IMG/VR virus record: IMGVR_UViG_3300022602_002721
Coordinates: 7,688-71,687 of that record
Direction: 5' to 3' (one strand)
DNA length: 64,000 bases
DNA from: a virus
Shown here: positions 9,571 through 18,440 of the stretch, in pieces
How positions within the stretch are numbered: the stretch's first letter is position 1
Layout: each line of letters begins with the position of its first letter
Position numbers and translations under genes: made by a program
The notes under the pieces: model-generated
The model's database searches: none
Told to the model about the DNA's origin: nothing
Seen by the model: the letters and a program-made list of their open reading frames with translations, nothing else

Positions 9571-10212
9571 TTAATTACGTATGTAACTGTAGTTACCGCA
9601 GGCACCGCTTACACAGCTAATACTCATGCTTCCGCTGTTTGGTTGTGTGGGATTAGTCTGTTGTACGGTTACATTAGCACCTGTAGTTCCATTCATATTG
9701 AGTACAAAGGATTTATCCGCACCAACACCGCCATTTTGTGTAGCGTTTATAACATTAGCATTATTACCTGTACCAGCACCGCCGATAACACTGAAAGAAT
9801 TATTTGAGGCGCCAGTTTGAGAAATAGATATTGAATTGGCCGACCCTGTGTAATTTTGTACAGTCGCACTATGCTGACCGTTACCATCTTGATTAATAGT
9901 TACAGAGTTGCTGTAGCCATTGGTAAGTTCTACGTTTGCTGTTTTAGAACCTATTCCTTGCTGTGTGATACTGATACTGCTATTATCAACACTTCCATTC
10001 GCTCCAGTTTTAATTGTAGCAGATTGGCCATTTCCGTCCTGGTTAACTTTAAAATTATTATTGGTTCCTATTTGTTCAATGTATATTGAATTAGACATAG
10101 GCGCTAATACAACTGTACCAGGGATAACATAATTTGGATTGAGGGCCTGTGCATGTAGTTTACCACAGTTGGCCAATCCGGCGACAAGAAATAAAGCAAC
10201 GATTAATTTCAT
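9571..10212 (-). CDS. secreted curlin-repeat protein (CsgB-like minor subunit candidate)
   Basis: Signal peptide; repeated N-x-x-x-I-x-Q-x-G units (NSIYIEQIG, NSVTINQDG, NSISISQTG). Confidence 0.75.
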   Translation of the reverse strand: MKLIVALFLVAGLANCGKLHAQALNPNYVIPGTVVLAPMSNSIYIEQIGTNNNFKVNQDGNGQSATIKTGANGSVDNSSISITQQGIGSKTANVELTNGYSNSVTINQDGNGQHSATVQNYTGSANSISISQTGASNNSFSVIGGAGTGNNANVINATQNGGVGADKSFVLNMNGTTGANVTVQQTNPTQPNSGSMSISCVSGACGNYSYIRN

Positions 10213-11336
10213 TTTTGTGTCACAGTGATGTAGGTATTGCCGCCTGCATTAACACGATTCTTAGTTATTGATGAACCTTGTGTTTCAATGATTAAAGAGT
10301 TTTGATGTTTAGGAACCATAACACTTTCTACATCACTGCCGTTGTCTTTAGTTAGCGTTACAGTATCTACAGTTTTTACAACAGTGATACGCATGGCCTT
10401 ATTGTAATCTGGTAATATTGGATCAGCTTGTAGTACGTTTCCTAATAAGGCCTGTGTCTCTGCTTGTAACTGTTCACTTAAAATATTAAAAATGTTTTCA
10501 AGGAAATATTGTTGTAACAAGGGTCTGGTTAAGGGATCATCACCCCAAGGATTATCACTGGCTAATTCGCTCTTTAAAAAATCTTGTTTAAGAAAGTCCT
10601 GCTGTAACATATTACCTGCTTGTATAACGATGGTACTTTTGCTGACTTCTTTTTCTTTAGATAATTCTTTAGGAGGACTTAGTATTAACAAGTTGTTAAT
10701 TGTATCTGAGTTAAGACTTAATATTGCCGGTTTCATTGGCATACTTCCGCGAGTGGCAACCTTAGTACCTTCAAACGGCCTAGTAAGACTAACCATCCCT
10801 GCATCATTTATAACATCAATAGCACCAGTCTTACAATCTCGATCTATGTCAACCCAACCTTTAGGGCAACTGGGCAACAAGATAATAGTTGATTCGCCTA
10901 GTTCATCCACAGTAGCAGTAAAATCAGTACCGCGAACAGCAATGGTAGCACTAGGAGTGTTAAGAGCCACCTTGCTAGGATTGTTATGAGCAATCGCACC
11001 TGAGGCATAGCGAACAGTTCCACCAGCCATGTTAAGAGCCAGCTTGCCAGCTGACGGTTTTTTAGGGTCGTATACGAAATCATCGATGACCAGTTTGGAG
11101 TTTTCATTGACTTCTACCTTAGTGTCGTCTTGGAATGTGATTCCAACTTTACCTTTGGTCGTGTTGACTAGGTCGTTCATCTCGACCCCCGTCCCCTTCG
11201 CTACTGTCAGTGCTTTGCCCGATCGTTGTATCGAACCCGGAGTATTGATCTGTTCTGTTACAGTCCCCACCGCGGCGCTTGCATTCAACGATGTATTCAG
11301 CAAGAGTACGGATAATATGACCTTCCATGATTTCAT
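10209..11336 (-). CDS. periplasmic FecR-domain protein
   Basis: Signal peptide from MKSWKV; ITFQDDTKVEVNENS and TPSATIAVRGTDF FecR motifs. Confidence 0.85.
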   Translation of the reverse strand: MKSWKVILSVLLLNTSLNASAAVGTVTEQINTPGSIQRSGKALTVAKGTGVEMNDLVNTTKGKVGITFQDDTKVEVNENSKLVIDDFVYDPKKPSAGKLALNMAGGTVRYASGAIAHNNPSKVALNTPSATIAVRGTDFTATVDELGESTIILLPSCPKGWVDIDRDCKTGAIDVINDAGMVSLTRPFEGTKVATRGSMPMKPAILSLNSDTINNLLILSPPKELSKEKEVSKSTIVIQAGNMLQQDFLKQDFLKSELASDNPWGDDPLTRPLLQQYFLENIFNILSEQLQAETQALLGNVLQADPILPDYNKAMRITVVKTVDTVTLTKDNGSDVESVMVPKHQNSLIIETQGSSITKNRVNAGGNTYITVTQK

Positions 11337-11509
11337 TTGTCCCCCCACTCGAACCAATAGTGTTTTTGCAGTTCACGCATCATAGCATCTGCGTCTACGC
11401 CATTTGTTTTGGCAGCAAGTTCTACAAAATCTGCCCAACGGTAACGGGCAGCATCGGCTTGCCCATTACACCATTGTTGGTACATACTTTGAAGAAATCT
11501 ACTGTCCAT
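11333..11509 (-). CDS. 58-aa hypothetical protein inside the curli operon (not in ORF track)
   Basis: MDSRFLQSMYQQWCNG...HYWFEWGDK; fills the gap exactly, ATGA overlap with the FecR gene. Confidence 0.7.
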   Translation of the reverse strand: MDSRFLQSMYQQWCNGQADAARYRWADFVELAAKTNGVDADAMMRELQKHYWFEWGDK

Positions 11510-11510
11510 A

Positions 11511-12545
11511 TTAGCGTGATTTTTGGACTATACTAAACGTGTTTCCACTACCACTACCGCCTGCATTACTCTTGATATCGATCATGCCTGCAACACCGCC
11601 TGTACTTGATTGGGTAATATTCAATAAGTTACCACTGCCATTCATGGCTACTGTAGTAGTATCATTAGCACCAGACTGAGTGATACTTAAACCGTTATTA
11701 GTACCTGTTAAATTGATGCTTGCTGTTTCACTTGTACCAACTTGTCCGACATTAACTATGTTATTGCCTCCAGTAATAGTGATACCAACTTTACCGTTAT
11801 CACTTGTTGTTCCACCTGTGACAATGCTATCTAAACCAAGTAAATTGGCATAGGTGGAATCAGTAGGAGCAGCAGGAGTGTTGGTATTAAGACCTGTACC
11901 CATGCCCTGATACGCATTAAGAGTATTGCCGCCACCGCCAGTGATATTAACTGTCTGTTGGTTGTTTGAACCATTAGTTACGCTGTTAAATGTATTGCTG
12001 TTAGAATTGGCATTACTTTGACCAATATTAGCAACTGTGGTATTAGATACGCCTAGTACATTAACAGCCGCTCTATTGCTGCTACCTACGATATCAAGAC
12101 CAATATTGTTGCTATCGCTTCCGCCGCTTGTACCGGCGCTATTGCTGTCAATGTTAGCAAAGTTATTACTACCAACAGCACTATAGACAAAGTTGTTGCC
12201 GTTAGTATTGGTAAATCTCGCATCATTGTTAGCATTTGTATTACCGGAACTGGAAATAGTTCTAACATCTAATTGTAACGCATTATTAGCACCAACCTGA
12301 TTGATGTTAATAGTCTGACCATCACCGTACATAGTTGCACGATTCTGGTCTCCGGGGGCACCAGTCAATCCACCGATCTTGTTACCTGCACCATCTTGGT
12401 TAATTGTGATTGAGCTGTTACTACCTGTCTGATCAATATAGATACTATTGTCAGCTGCCATACCCGATGTTGCCATCGCAGACAACATTAGAATTGTAAG
12501 TAATTTTCTCGACAACTTACCAACGCCTTTTATACTTTCATTCAT
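11511..12545 (-). CDS. secreted curlin-repeat protein (CsgA-like major subunit candidate)
   Basis: Signal peptide; Asn/Gly/Ser-rich, many N-x-x-x-I-x-Q-x-G-x-x-N repeats. Confidence 0.8.
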   Translation of the reverse strand: MNESIKGVGKLSRKLLTILMLSAMATSGMAADNSIYIDQTGSNSSITINQDGAGNKIGGLTGAPGDQNRATMYGDGQTININQVGANNALQLDVRTISSSGNTNANNDARFTNTNGNNFVYSAVGSNNFANIDSNSAGTSGGSDSNNIGLDIVGSSNRAAVNVLGVSNTTVANIGQSNANSNSNTFNSVTNGSNNQQTVNITGGGGNTLNAYQGMGTGLNTNTPAAPTDSTYANLLGLDSIVTGGTTSDNGKVGITITGGNNIVNVGQVGTSETASINLTGTNNGLSITQSGANDTTTVAMNGSGNLLNITQSSTGGVAGMIDIKSNAGGSGSGNTFSIVQKSR

Positions 12546-12613
12546 ACATCTCAGAATTGAGTTTCAACGTAGTGTTCTACCCCAATTCATCTCCTTGGCC
12601 GTAGCCGTTAGTG

Positions 12614-13777
12614 TTATTTTTTATTATTTCCTTGTGATACTTCCGTTAAATCGCTCTCTCGGACATACCCTCCATGCCCGTACTCATCTTTCGCAAACCA
12701 CCATCCATTTTCTTTTTTCTTAACTGCTAGTTTAGTACCTTGTGTTAGTTGCCAACGTTTTGTTGAACCCTCGTCAGCGTGTGCATATAAAAATGCTAAA
12801 TTTTTAAGATACTTGACTTCTTCTTGAGGTAGTGGATCATTCTTAGCTTCTGTCTTAATTTCTTCTTTTTTAACTTCTGCTGTAATTTCTTCTTTTTTAA
12901 CTTCTACTTCTTTTATTTCAGCCTTCGGTGTTACTGTGACTGGTTGAGGTAGAGTCGGAGTCATTACCACAGGTGGAGCTTTTCTAAATTCCCATACTCC
13001 TTTACTTTCACCTTCCTTAATTAATTCAACTACCGCTGCTTCAATAGTTGTTTTAACCGCCAGTGTCCCTGGCTCATTTATAGTCAATCCAGTTTCAGCT
13101 TCAAACGCCTGTGTACCATCACTAAAGAATTTCAACATGGCAAAACTATCTGCTGTTGAGTAAACCGTTTTAGTAACATGAACTGCCGCCACCACCTTGC
13201 CTGTGTTAACACTAATCGCTCTCAAGCTAACTGTTACGATATCTTTAGAGTATTGTGTTTGTGGACCGATACCTAACCAACGGTATGCTGCGCCTCCGCT
13301 TTCACTTGAACTGTCATAACCAATAATACCCCCTTCCATAATGATCCCTGCAAATTGCAAAGGCATTAACGGAGTTGAGTCCTTTCCTTCATAGGCGTCA
13401 CGCATCTGTTTAATGATGGTGCGCTCTTTAACCAAATTATCAATACCCACACGTTCAACAACGTCAAACCATTGCCCGTGTCCTACATCCTGAAGTGCCT
13501 TGATAAGAAACACTTCTGCACCCTGTGTAACAGCCATACTAAAACTTGCTACACCTGTTTGAGTTTTACGCTGTCCAGTTTTATCAGCGAACCCGTATAC
13601 CGCAACAGATACTCGTCTTGCATTAGCAGGAGCGGGAATAGTATCAAATTCTTTCTGCATTTTGTTTATAGCTAGTTCTGGAGTATGCTCAATGCCAGCA
13701 AGCTGTCCACCTTTCTGCATTATGGCGCAGCCAGGCAACAATAGAGTCAGCAATAATAAACATATTATTCTTTTCAT
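12614..13777 (-). CDS. csgG: curli secretion pore lipoprotein CsgG with C-terminal SH3b-like domain
   Basis: Lipobox LPGC; VAVYGFADKTGQRK, AVTQGAEVFLIKAL, WFDVVERVG...KERTII, EGGIIGYD. Confidence 0.92.
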   Translation of the reverse strand: MKRIICLLLLTLLLPGCAIMQKGGQLAGIEHTPELAINKMQKEFDTIPAPANARRVSVAVYGFADKTGQRKTQTGVASFSMAVTQGAEVFLIKALQDVGHGQWFDVVERVGIDNLVKERTIIKQMRDAYEGKDSTPLMPLQFAGIIMEGGIIGYDSSSESGGAAYRWLGIGPQTQYSKDIVTVSLRAISVNTGKVVAAVHVTKTVYSTADSFAMLKFFSDGTQAFEAETGLTINEPGTLAVKTTIEAAVVELIKEGESKGVWEFRKAPPVVMTPTLPQPVTVTPKAEIKEVEVKKEEITAEVKKEEIKTEAKNDPLPQEEVKYLKNLAFLYAHADEGSTKRWQLTQGTKLAVKKKENGWWFAKDEYGHGGYVRESDLTEVSQGNNKK

Positions 13778-13778
13778 A

Positions 13779-14228
13779 TTAATGGGTAAACGTAAAAGTT
13801 CCTAATGGCACAGAAACATTGGTTATATTGCCTAGGTTATCTGTAATTTGTAAATTAATAGCGCCGCCGCTATTTTGCCAAAATATTGTATTACCTTGGA
13901 AGTTCATACTTCCGCTGGTAGCTGCACCTGGTGCAAACATTGCCGTAGCCAAGTTTTGACTTATCTGTGCATAGATTCTTGATTCTAAGTTGGTCAAGAA
14001 TTGATTAATTGGTTGGTTAGCTTGATCAGCTTTGGCCTGTTGCTGTGCCTGCAATAGGGCCTGTTCTATAGCCTGTTTACGTGTGTATTCTTCGTTCTGT
14101 ATGGTCAACACATAAGTGCCATACCCATTGCCGTTGAAAGCTGGACTTTTAAAAGTAAAGTCGTTTAGAGGTGCGGCTGTCGCGATAAGTGGCAATAGTA
14201 GTGTTATTGCCAGTAGTTTGTATTTCAT
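13779..14228 (-). CDS. csgF: curli assembly protein CsgF
   Basis: Signal peptide then FTFKSPAFNGNG; F...LESRIYAQIS; directly upstream of csgG. Confidence 0.85.
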   Translation of the reverse strand: MKYKLLAITLLLPLIATAAPLNDFTFKSPAFNGNGYGTYVLTIQNEEYTRKQAIEQALLQAQQQAKADQANQPINQFLTNLESRIYAQISQNLATAMFAPGAATSGSMNFQGNTIFWQNSGGAINLQITDNLGNITNVSVPLGTFTFTH

Positions 14229-14232
14229 TACT

Positions 14233-14274
14233 GAGCTCCCAAGTTCCTGTGTTATTATTTACAGGTGGGAGCTC
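14233..14274 (-). promoter_or_regulatory. RBS-sequestering hairpin enclosing a late promoter
   Basis: GAGCTCCCA-CCTGT-AAATAATAAC-ACAGG-AACT-TGGGAGCTC, 4 nt before the csgF ATG. Confidence 0.65.
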
Positions 14275-14307
14275 GAGAATTTTGTATGTAGTTAAGTTTG
14301 CTCTAGA

Positions 14308-15648
14308 TTAAGAAAACTTGGGAGGATTTGTAGGAGGAACTTTAGGTTCTGCAGCTGGTTTTGCAGTCTTAATTATCAGTTCAGGGAACTTTTGTCTTAC
14401 TAACGCTGGAATCTTTTTATGATTAGTTTTTTGGTTAGCTAACTGTTCAATATACTGAGATACTTGTTGTTGTAATGCAGGATCTCTTAAATCTAAATTT
14501 CGTGGCCAACGTTGTTGTGCTTGACGAATCATCATTTCTGCGGTTTGACCGTAGAATGCTTTTAACGATGCTGGAGTTATCTTTTTAGGAGGTTCAACTC
14601 CTGCGATAGGTTCTCTACGCAAATTAACGCTAGGTGCAATTAATTTTCCACCCCATCCTGCATTTGGGTGAGATATTGAAAATGTTACAGTATCTACGTC
14701 ATTGTATAATTCTTCAGGATCATCAAAATATCTTAATTCTTGATTTTCAAAATTAATAAGCATCATAGCATCAAACTTCTTTGATTGATCTTTCTTTTGT
14801 TTGTATGCACTATAAGATGCTGTTAGATAACCTTTTCTAATTGGAGTAATTGAATCGTGATCTACGCTAATTGTTTTGATAGCTTGTTTTAAAGGAGTTG
14901 TATTAGCCCAAGGCTGGCCTTTAAAAATATAATCTGCTAATTCATCTGCTAGGCCAGATAAAGATTGAGCATTTAAAGTACCCTGTTGCTGTGCAGCGAC
15001 TACACCCTTAACCAATTTAGTAGCATCAACAGCTCTTGTTACATCCATGTTTGGCAAATACTTTTGTAGGATTACGCCTACTTTTTGATGCTGGAACATA
15101 CTAGTATCACCTACAGTTCCAGACCCTGCTTTTACTTCAATGATTTGATCATCAATCTTTAGATCCCCAGGACCAAAAACAGAGATTTTTGGGCTCATAA
15201 TAGCCAACGCAAATTCACCTGGACCCTTTTTGGCTTTGCCGCCCAAGTCCTTCATTTCGTTAAACATTTCAAATAAAAACTTTAACGGAACTTTATCAGT
15301 AGGAACTAGTAAGTCTGAGAAGTGGTGGCGAGCGCCGTCTAGCATTTTATCAACATCTATATACCCAGCATGTAGCCCGGATACAAAGTTCATTTTTTCA
15401 TCAAATGTTCCAGGAGCATTGATAATAGCGTTAGCAATATCAGTATGAAATCTTCTAATATCTACGTCTGGTAACTGTTCTAATTCACCAGTTAGGCGTT
15501 TAGTAATACTACCGCTGTTTAAGGTAGTATAAATCTTATTCAAAAGGTTTTCGTCGTTAGACTGATCAATACCTTTTTTTACTTTATTTTTTAGTAAAGT
15601 TAACGAATGGTTACCAATTTTTTCAGAAATGAAGTCAAATGCTCGCAT
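14308..15648 (-). CDS. hypothetical protein, possible PD-(D/E)xK nuclease fold; probable virion-internal protein
   Basis: GPGEFAL...GDLKID..IEVKAG; N-terminus MRAFDFISE; late motif upstream. Confidence 0.55.
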   Translation of the reverse strand: MRAFDFISEKIGNHSLTLLKNKVKKGIDQSNDENLLNKIYTTLNSGSITKRLTGELEQLPDVDIRRFHTDIANAIINAPGTFDEKMNFVSGLHAGYIDVDKMLDGARHHFSDLLVPTDKVPLKFLFEMFNEMKDLGGKAKKGPGEFALAIMSPKISVFGPGDLKIDDQIIEVKAGSGTVGDTSMFQHQKVGVILQKYLPNMDVTRAVDATKLVKGVVAAQQQGTLNAQSLSGLADELADYIFKGQPWANTTPLKQAIKTISVDHDSITPIRKGYLTASYSAYKQKKDQSKKFDAMMLINFENQELRYFDDPEELYNDVDTVTFSISHPNAGWGGKLIAPSVNLRREPIAGVEPPKKITPASLKAFYGQTAEMMIRQAQQRWPRNLDLRDPALQQQVSQYIEQLANQKTNHKKIPALVRQKFPELIIKTAKPAAEPKVPPTNPPKFS

Positions 15649-15658
15649 AATAAACTAT

Positions 15659-16324
15659 TTAGTGAATTTCCGGAAATAGGTTATTTGCTACGAAATCAAA
15701 TGCTTCTTGCTCTGTAAAGCCTAAATGCTGTAGGCTAGCGGGTGTACGTGGATTTTGCTTTTGATAGTGACAATAGCGATTCTGTGCCATTTCGTAGGTA
15801 GCAACATCCTGCTGATCTTTGCCTACATTAGCTAGATAAAAATCCAAGTTTTCTAGTCCTAATTTAATAAAAGCATCTAGTTCTTCTTCTCCTACAGCGC
15901 CAATAGCAACCATAGCAGGGCTGAATATTGCTTTGCCCCAATCGGGTAGTTCTCTAGGTTTATTCCACTCTAGTCCAGCAACTTTGGCTTTGTACCAAAG
16001 ATACATGAAACTTGTGGGATCTCCACTGATACTAAAATCATGGAACGCACCACTTACTTTTGTAGGTCCACAAACAATATCAAAGCCAAAAATAGGGCTA
16101 GGATCATTAGTGTGGGGGAATACAGTAACATGAAGTAGATAAAGTTTTTTAGTTTCTCTCGCATCTACAATACTAATATGAGCTCTGCGATAACGCATAG
16201 AGCTATATTCCTTATCAGCTAGTATATCTGTCCTTTGGACTTTTCCTAATGCGCCTGTAGTAACAAACCGTTTGTTTATTTCTTCAGCACAGGCTTGTAC
16301 ACGTTCAAATAAGTTCTGCGTCAT
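15659..16324 (-). CDS. ferredoxin-dependent bilin reductase (PcyA/PcyX family)
   Basis: RRAHI, LHVTVFP....PIFGFDIV, AFHDFS, RELPDWG.IFS, QNRYC..QKQNPRT; overlaps the heme oxygenase stop. Confidence 0.88.
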   Translation of the reverse strand: MTQNLFERVQACAEEINKRFVTTGALGKVQRTDILADKEYSSMRYRRAHISIVDARETKKLYLLHVTVFPHTNDPSPIFGFDIVCGPTKVSGAFHDFSISGDPTSFMYLWYKAKVAGLEWNKPRELPDWGKAIFSPAMVAIGAVGEEELDAFIKLGLENLDFYLANVGKDQQDVATYEMAQNRYCHYQKQNPRTPASLQHLGFTEQEAFDFVANNLFPEIH

Positions 16325-16835
16325 AGGTGTGCATAATTTTAATGGCCCAGTCAAAGGCTTTATTTGCTTCGTCACCTAAGTCATCACTTAGTTTACTACG
16401 AATTGCTACTTTTAATCCATCCACATCTTTAAACTCTAGATTGCGGTGTGGAACATAATCTAGGATCTTTTTAATCATCTGCCCGCCAAACAGGTCACCC
16501 ATGTGCCATACGTACAAGTGAGCGGCAACTAGCCCTTCTGGCAAGTCTAGGATATAGCGATGATAGTCAATCGTTTCTTGACGGAACTTTGGAAAGTTTC
16601 CATCCAACATTTCTTTAGCATCTAGATATAGAGCATGAGCACGGTCAATGCCTGGAAGATCATCTAGTAAGCCTTCTGCACGAGCTTTAGTTTCAATAGC
16701 ACCATACCATAGCATTTTGTTGTATGAGTAGTCTGCCCAAATTTCTTTAGGAATCTTGCCGCGGATAGTTGCGGCCATAAACGGTGTATGTTCCGCTTCT
16801 GTGTGTTTGTCTTTGGTAATTTCTTTTAGGCTCAT
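16305..16835 (-). CDS. heme oxygenase
   Basis: LKEITKDKHTEAE proximal His; AHLYVWHMGDLFGGQMI distal helix; EANKAF. Confidence 0.92.
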   Translation of the reverse strand: MSLKEITKDKHTEAEHTPFMAATIRGKIPKEIWADYSYNKMLWYGAIETKARAEGLLDDLPGIDRAHALYLDAKEMLDGNFPKFRQETIDYHRYILDLPEGLVAAHLYVWHMGDLFGGQMIKKILDYVPHRNLEFKDVDGLKVAIRSKLSDDLGDEANKAFDWAIKIMHTYDAELI

Positions 16836-17134
16836 TCTGCCTCCACTTTAATAACTAATGGGAAACCTTCTTTACGTGCCATGTCAGTTGCTTCTAGGCA
16901 CTTTTGTTCTGCGATTTCATAACTGTAGATACCTGCGATAGCAGATCCTTCTTCGTGGACCTTTAACATAACGGTAGCAGAATCCATTTCGTTAAAACGG
17001 AACACCTTCATCAGCATGGCAATAACAAACTCCATGGGTGTTACGTTGTCGTTATAAATTACAACTTTATATCTGGTAGGTTCAGCAATTTCTGTATTAG
17101 TCTTTTGTCTGACCTTAGTTAATGTTTCCGCCAT
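16832..17134 (-). CDS. clpS: Clp protease adaptor ClpS
   Basis: YKVVIYNDNVTPMEFV...MLKVHEEG...YEIAE...FPL. Confidence 0.95.
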   Translation of the reverse strand: MAETLTKVRQKTNTEIAEPTRYKVVIYNDNVTPMEFVIAMLMKVFRFNEMDSATVMLKVHEEGSAIAGIYSYEIAEQKCLEATDMARKEGFPLVIKVEAE

Positions 17135-17163
17135 TATGTGTCCTATTGTTCTGTGTTATTTAA

Positions 17164-17184
17164 AATGGGGGACGGAGCCCCCAT
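17164..17184 (-). terminator. intrinsic terminator after hsp20
   Basis: ATGGGGG/CCCCCAT stem followed by a T run on the minus strand. Confidence 0.55.
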
Positions 17185-17189
17185 ACTGA

Positions 17190-17630
17190 TTAAGAAGACT
17201 GAATATCAATCTTTCTTGGCTTTTTCTCTTCTGGAACATTACGTTCTAGTTTAATGATTAAAAGACCATCTTTGATTTCAGCACTTGCTACTTCAATAAA
17301 TTGACCTAGCGTAAAGTACTTTTCAAAGTTACGAGCAGCTAGACCTTTGTAAAGGTATTCTGCGGTATCAGCTTCTTCAAATTTTGTACCCTTAATTTGA
17401 AGCTCTTGATTCTCTAAGACCACGTCAATCTCATCGCGACGGAATCCTGCTACGGCCAATTGGACTTCGTAGTGATCTTCGTCACGCTTAATTACATTGT
17501 GTGGTGGGTAGTTGTTTTGGATTTGTCCAGCAAGTCTATGTTCAAAATCATTGAACATCGTGTCAAATCCTACAAGTGCTCTGTTTAATGACTGTAGAGC
17601 ATTAGTGTCAAATCGTACTAATTGATTCAT
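17190..17630 (-). CDS. small heat-shock protein Hsp20 (IbpA-like)
   Basis: NYPPHNVIK, LAVAGF, YLYKGLAARNF, GLLIIKLER..PEEKKPRKIDI. Confidence 0.95.
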   Translation of the reverse strand: MNQLVRFDTNALQSLNRALVGFDTMFNDFEHRLAGQIQNNYPPHNVIKRDEDHYEVQLAVAGFRRDEIDVVLENQELQIKGTKFEEADTAEYLYKGLAARNFEKYFTLGQFIEVASAEIKDGLLIIKLERNVPEEKKPRKIDIQSS

Positions 17631-17684
17631 AGTTTTCTCCTTTGTTAAGCAAGAATCATGTAAAACCCTATCGGCGTCTTACAT
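17631..17684 (-). ncRNA. ROSE-like RNA thermometer in the hsp20 leader
   Basis: 5-prime hairpin plus UUCUU(G)CUU-AACA-AAGGAGAA: UUGCU with bulged G pairing the SD. Confidence 0.7.
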
Positions 17685-17689
17685 ATATA

Positions 17690-17718
17690 TTTATACACGA
17701 TTTTTTGGCATTTGTCAA
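17690..17718 (-). promoter_or_regulatory. sigma70-type promoter overlapping the late motif TATAAATA
   Basis: TTGACA-17bp-TATAAA(TA). Confidence 0.7.
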
Positions 17719-17719
17719 A

Positions 17720-17956
17720 TTATGACCACTTTAATGTCCAAAAAGTCTTAAACTGCTCTGCATCTTTCCTACGATTAAAATACCACATGTCATAGGACAT
17801 GCGCCTTACGTGCTTTTGGTTAGCCAGCTGTTCTGCTGTCCAATCAATGCTTTGCCCCCAACGATCAGCATTAAACGTAGCATCAGTGTCTTCAGTTATA
17901 TCTACTAAATGAAAACACCAGCTACGATTACGCTTATAGATATTAACCTGTAACAC
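17720..17956 (-). CDS. hypothetical protein, member of the local F..D...F.L.W family
   Basis: C-terminus WYFNRRKDAEQFKTFWTLKWS; GTG start near 17956 inferred. Confidence 0.6.
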   Translation of the reverse strand: MLQVNIYKRNRSWCFHLVDITEDTDATFNADRWGQSIDWTAEQLANQKHVRRMSYDMWYFNRRKDAEQFKTFWTLKWS

Positions 17957-18440
17957 CGAGAGTCTGTTCCAACCAAACTTTACAAGCAGGCCATTCTTTA
18001 TAGATATGCGCCCGTCCACCTGCACGTTCCCATTCTTCACAGTTACTACGGCGATCGTCAATTAGAATATCGCTCTCTTTGCAGTGCATAAACTTTTGGT
18101 GACTGTAAGGTCCTAGGAATACGGGAATATCTGGAAAATACTCTTGTCCCCAAAATACCTTGTCCTGTACGGCCCAGGGCATATCATTACCGTGCGGAAT
18201 AGCACTTAAGAAGTAAAGTCCTGTTCCTGTATCCTTACAGTAGTTTCTGCACCAATCAACTAGATCGTAAGCACCCTCTTTAAGTTCAAGTTTGCTGTAC
18301 ATACGTTGATCATCTTTAAGACGACTCCATTCCTGATCGGGTAACATAGTACCTTCTTCCCACTTTGGTCGCTTGAGTAGTTTACGGGCATAGCCCATCC
18401 AGTCTGCAACCACATCGTCCATATCTAAATAAATGTTCAC
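17943..18440 (-). CDS. HAD-family 5'(3')-deoxyribonucleotidase
   Basis: IYLDMDDVVAD, FLSA, DK..W, ILIDDR. Confidence 0.88.
   Translation of the reverse strand: MNIYLDMDDVVADWMGYARKLLKRPKWEEGTMLPDQEWSRLKDDQRMYSKLELKEGAYDLVDWCRNYCKDTGTGLYFLSAIPHGNDMPWAVQDKVFWGQEYFPDIPVFLGPYSHQKFMHCKESDILIDDRRSNCEEWERAGGRAHIYKEWPACKVWLEQTLGVTG

Noticed and set aside
12543-12596. Upstream ATG in frame with the curlin gene across a TGA
   Set aside because: AAGGAG abuts that ATG with zero spacing and no UGA suppressor is seen; the stretch is better explained as a leader hairpin (GAATTGGG/CTCAATTC).
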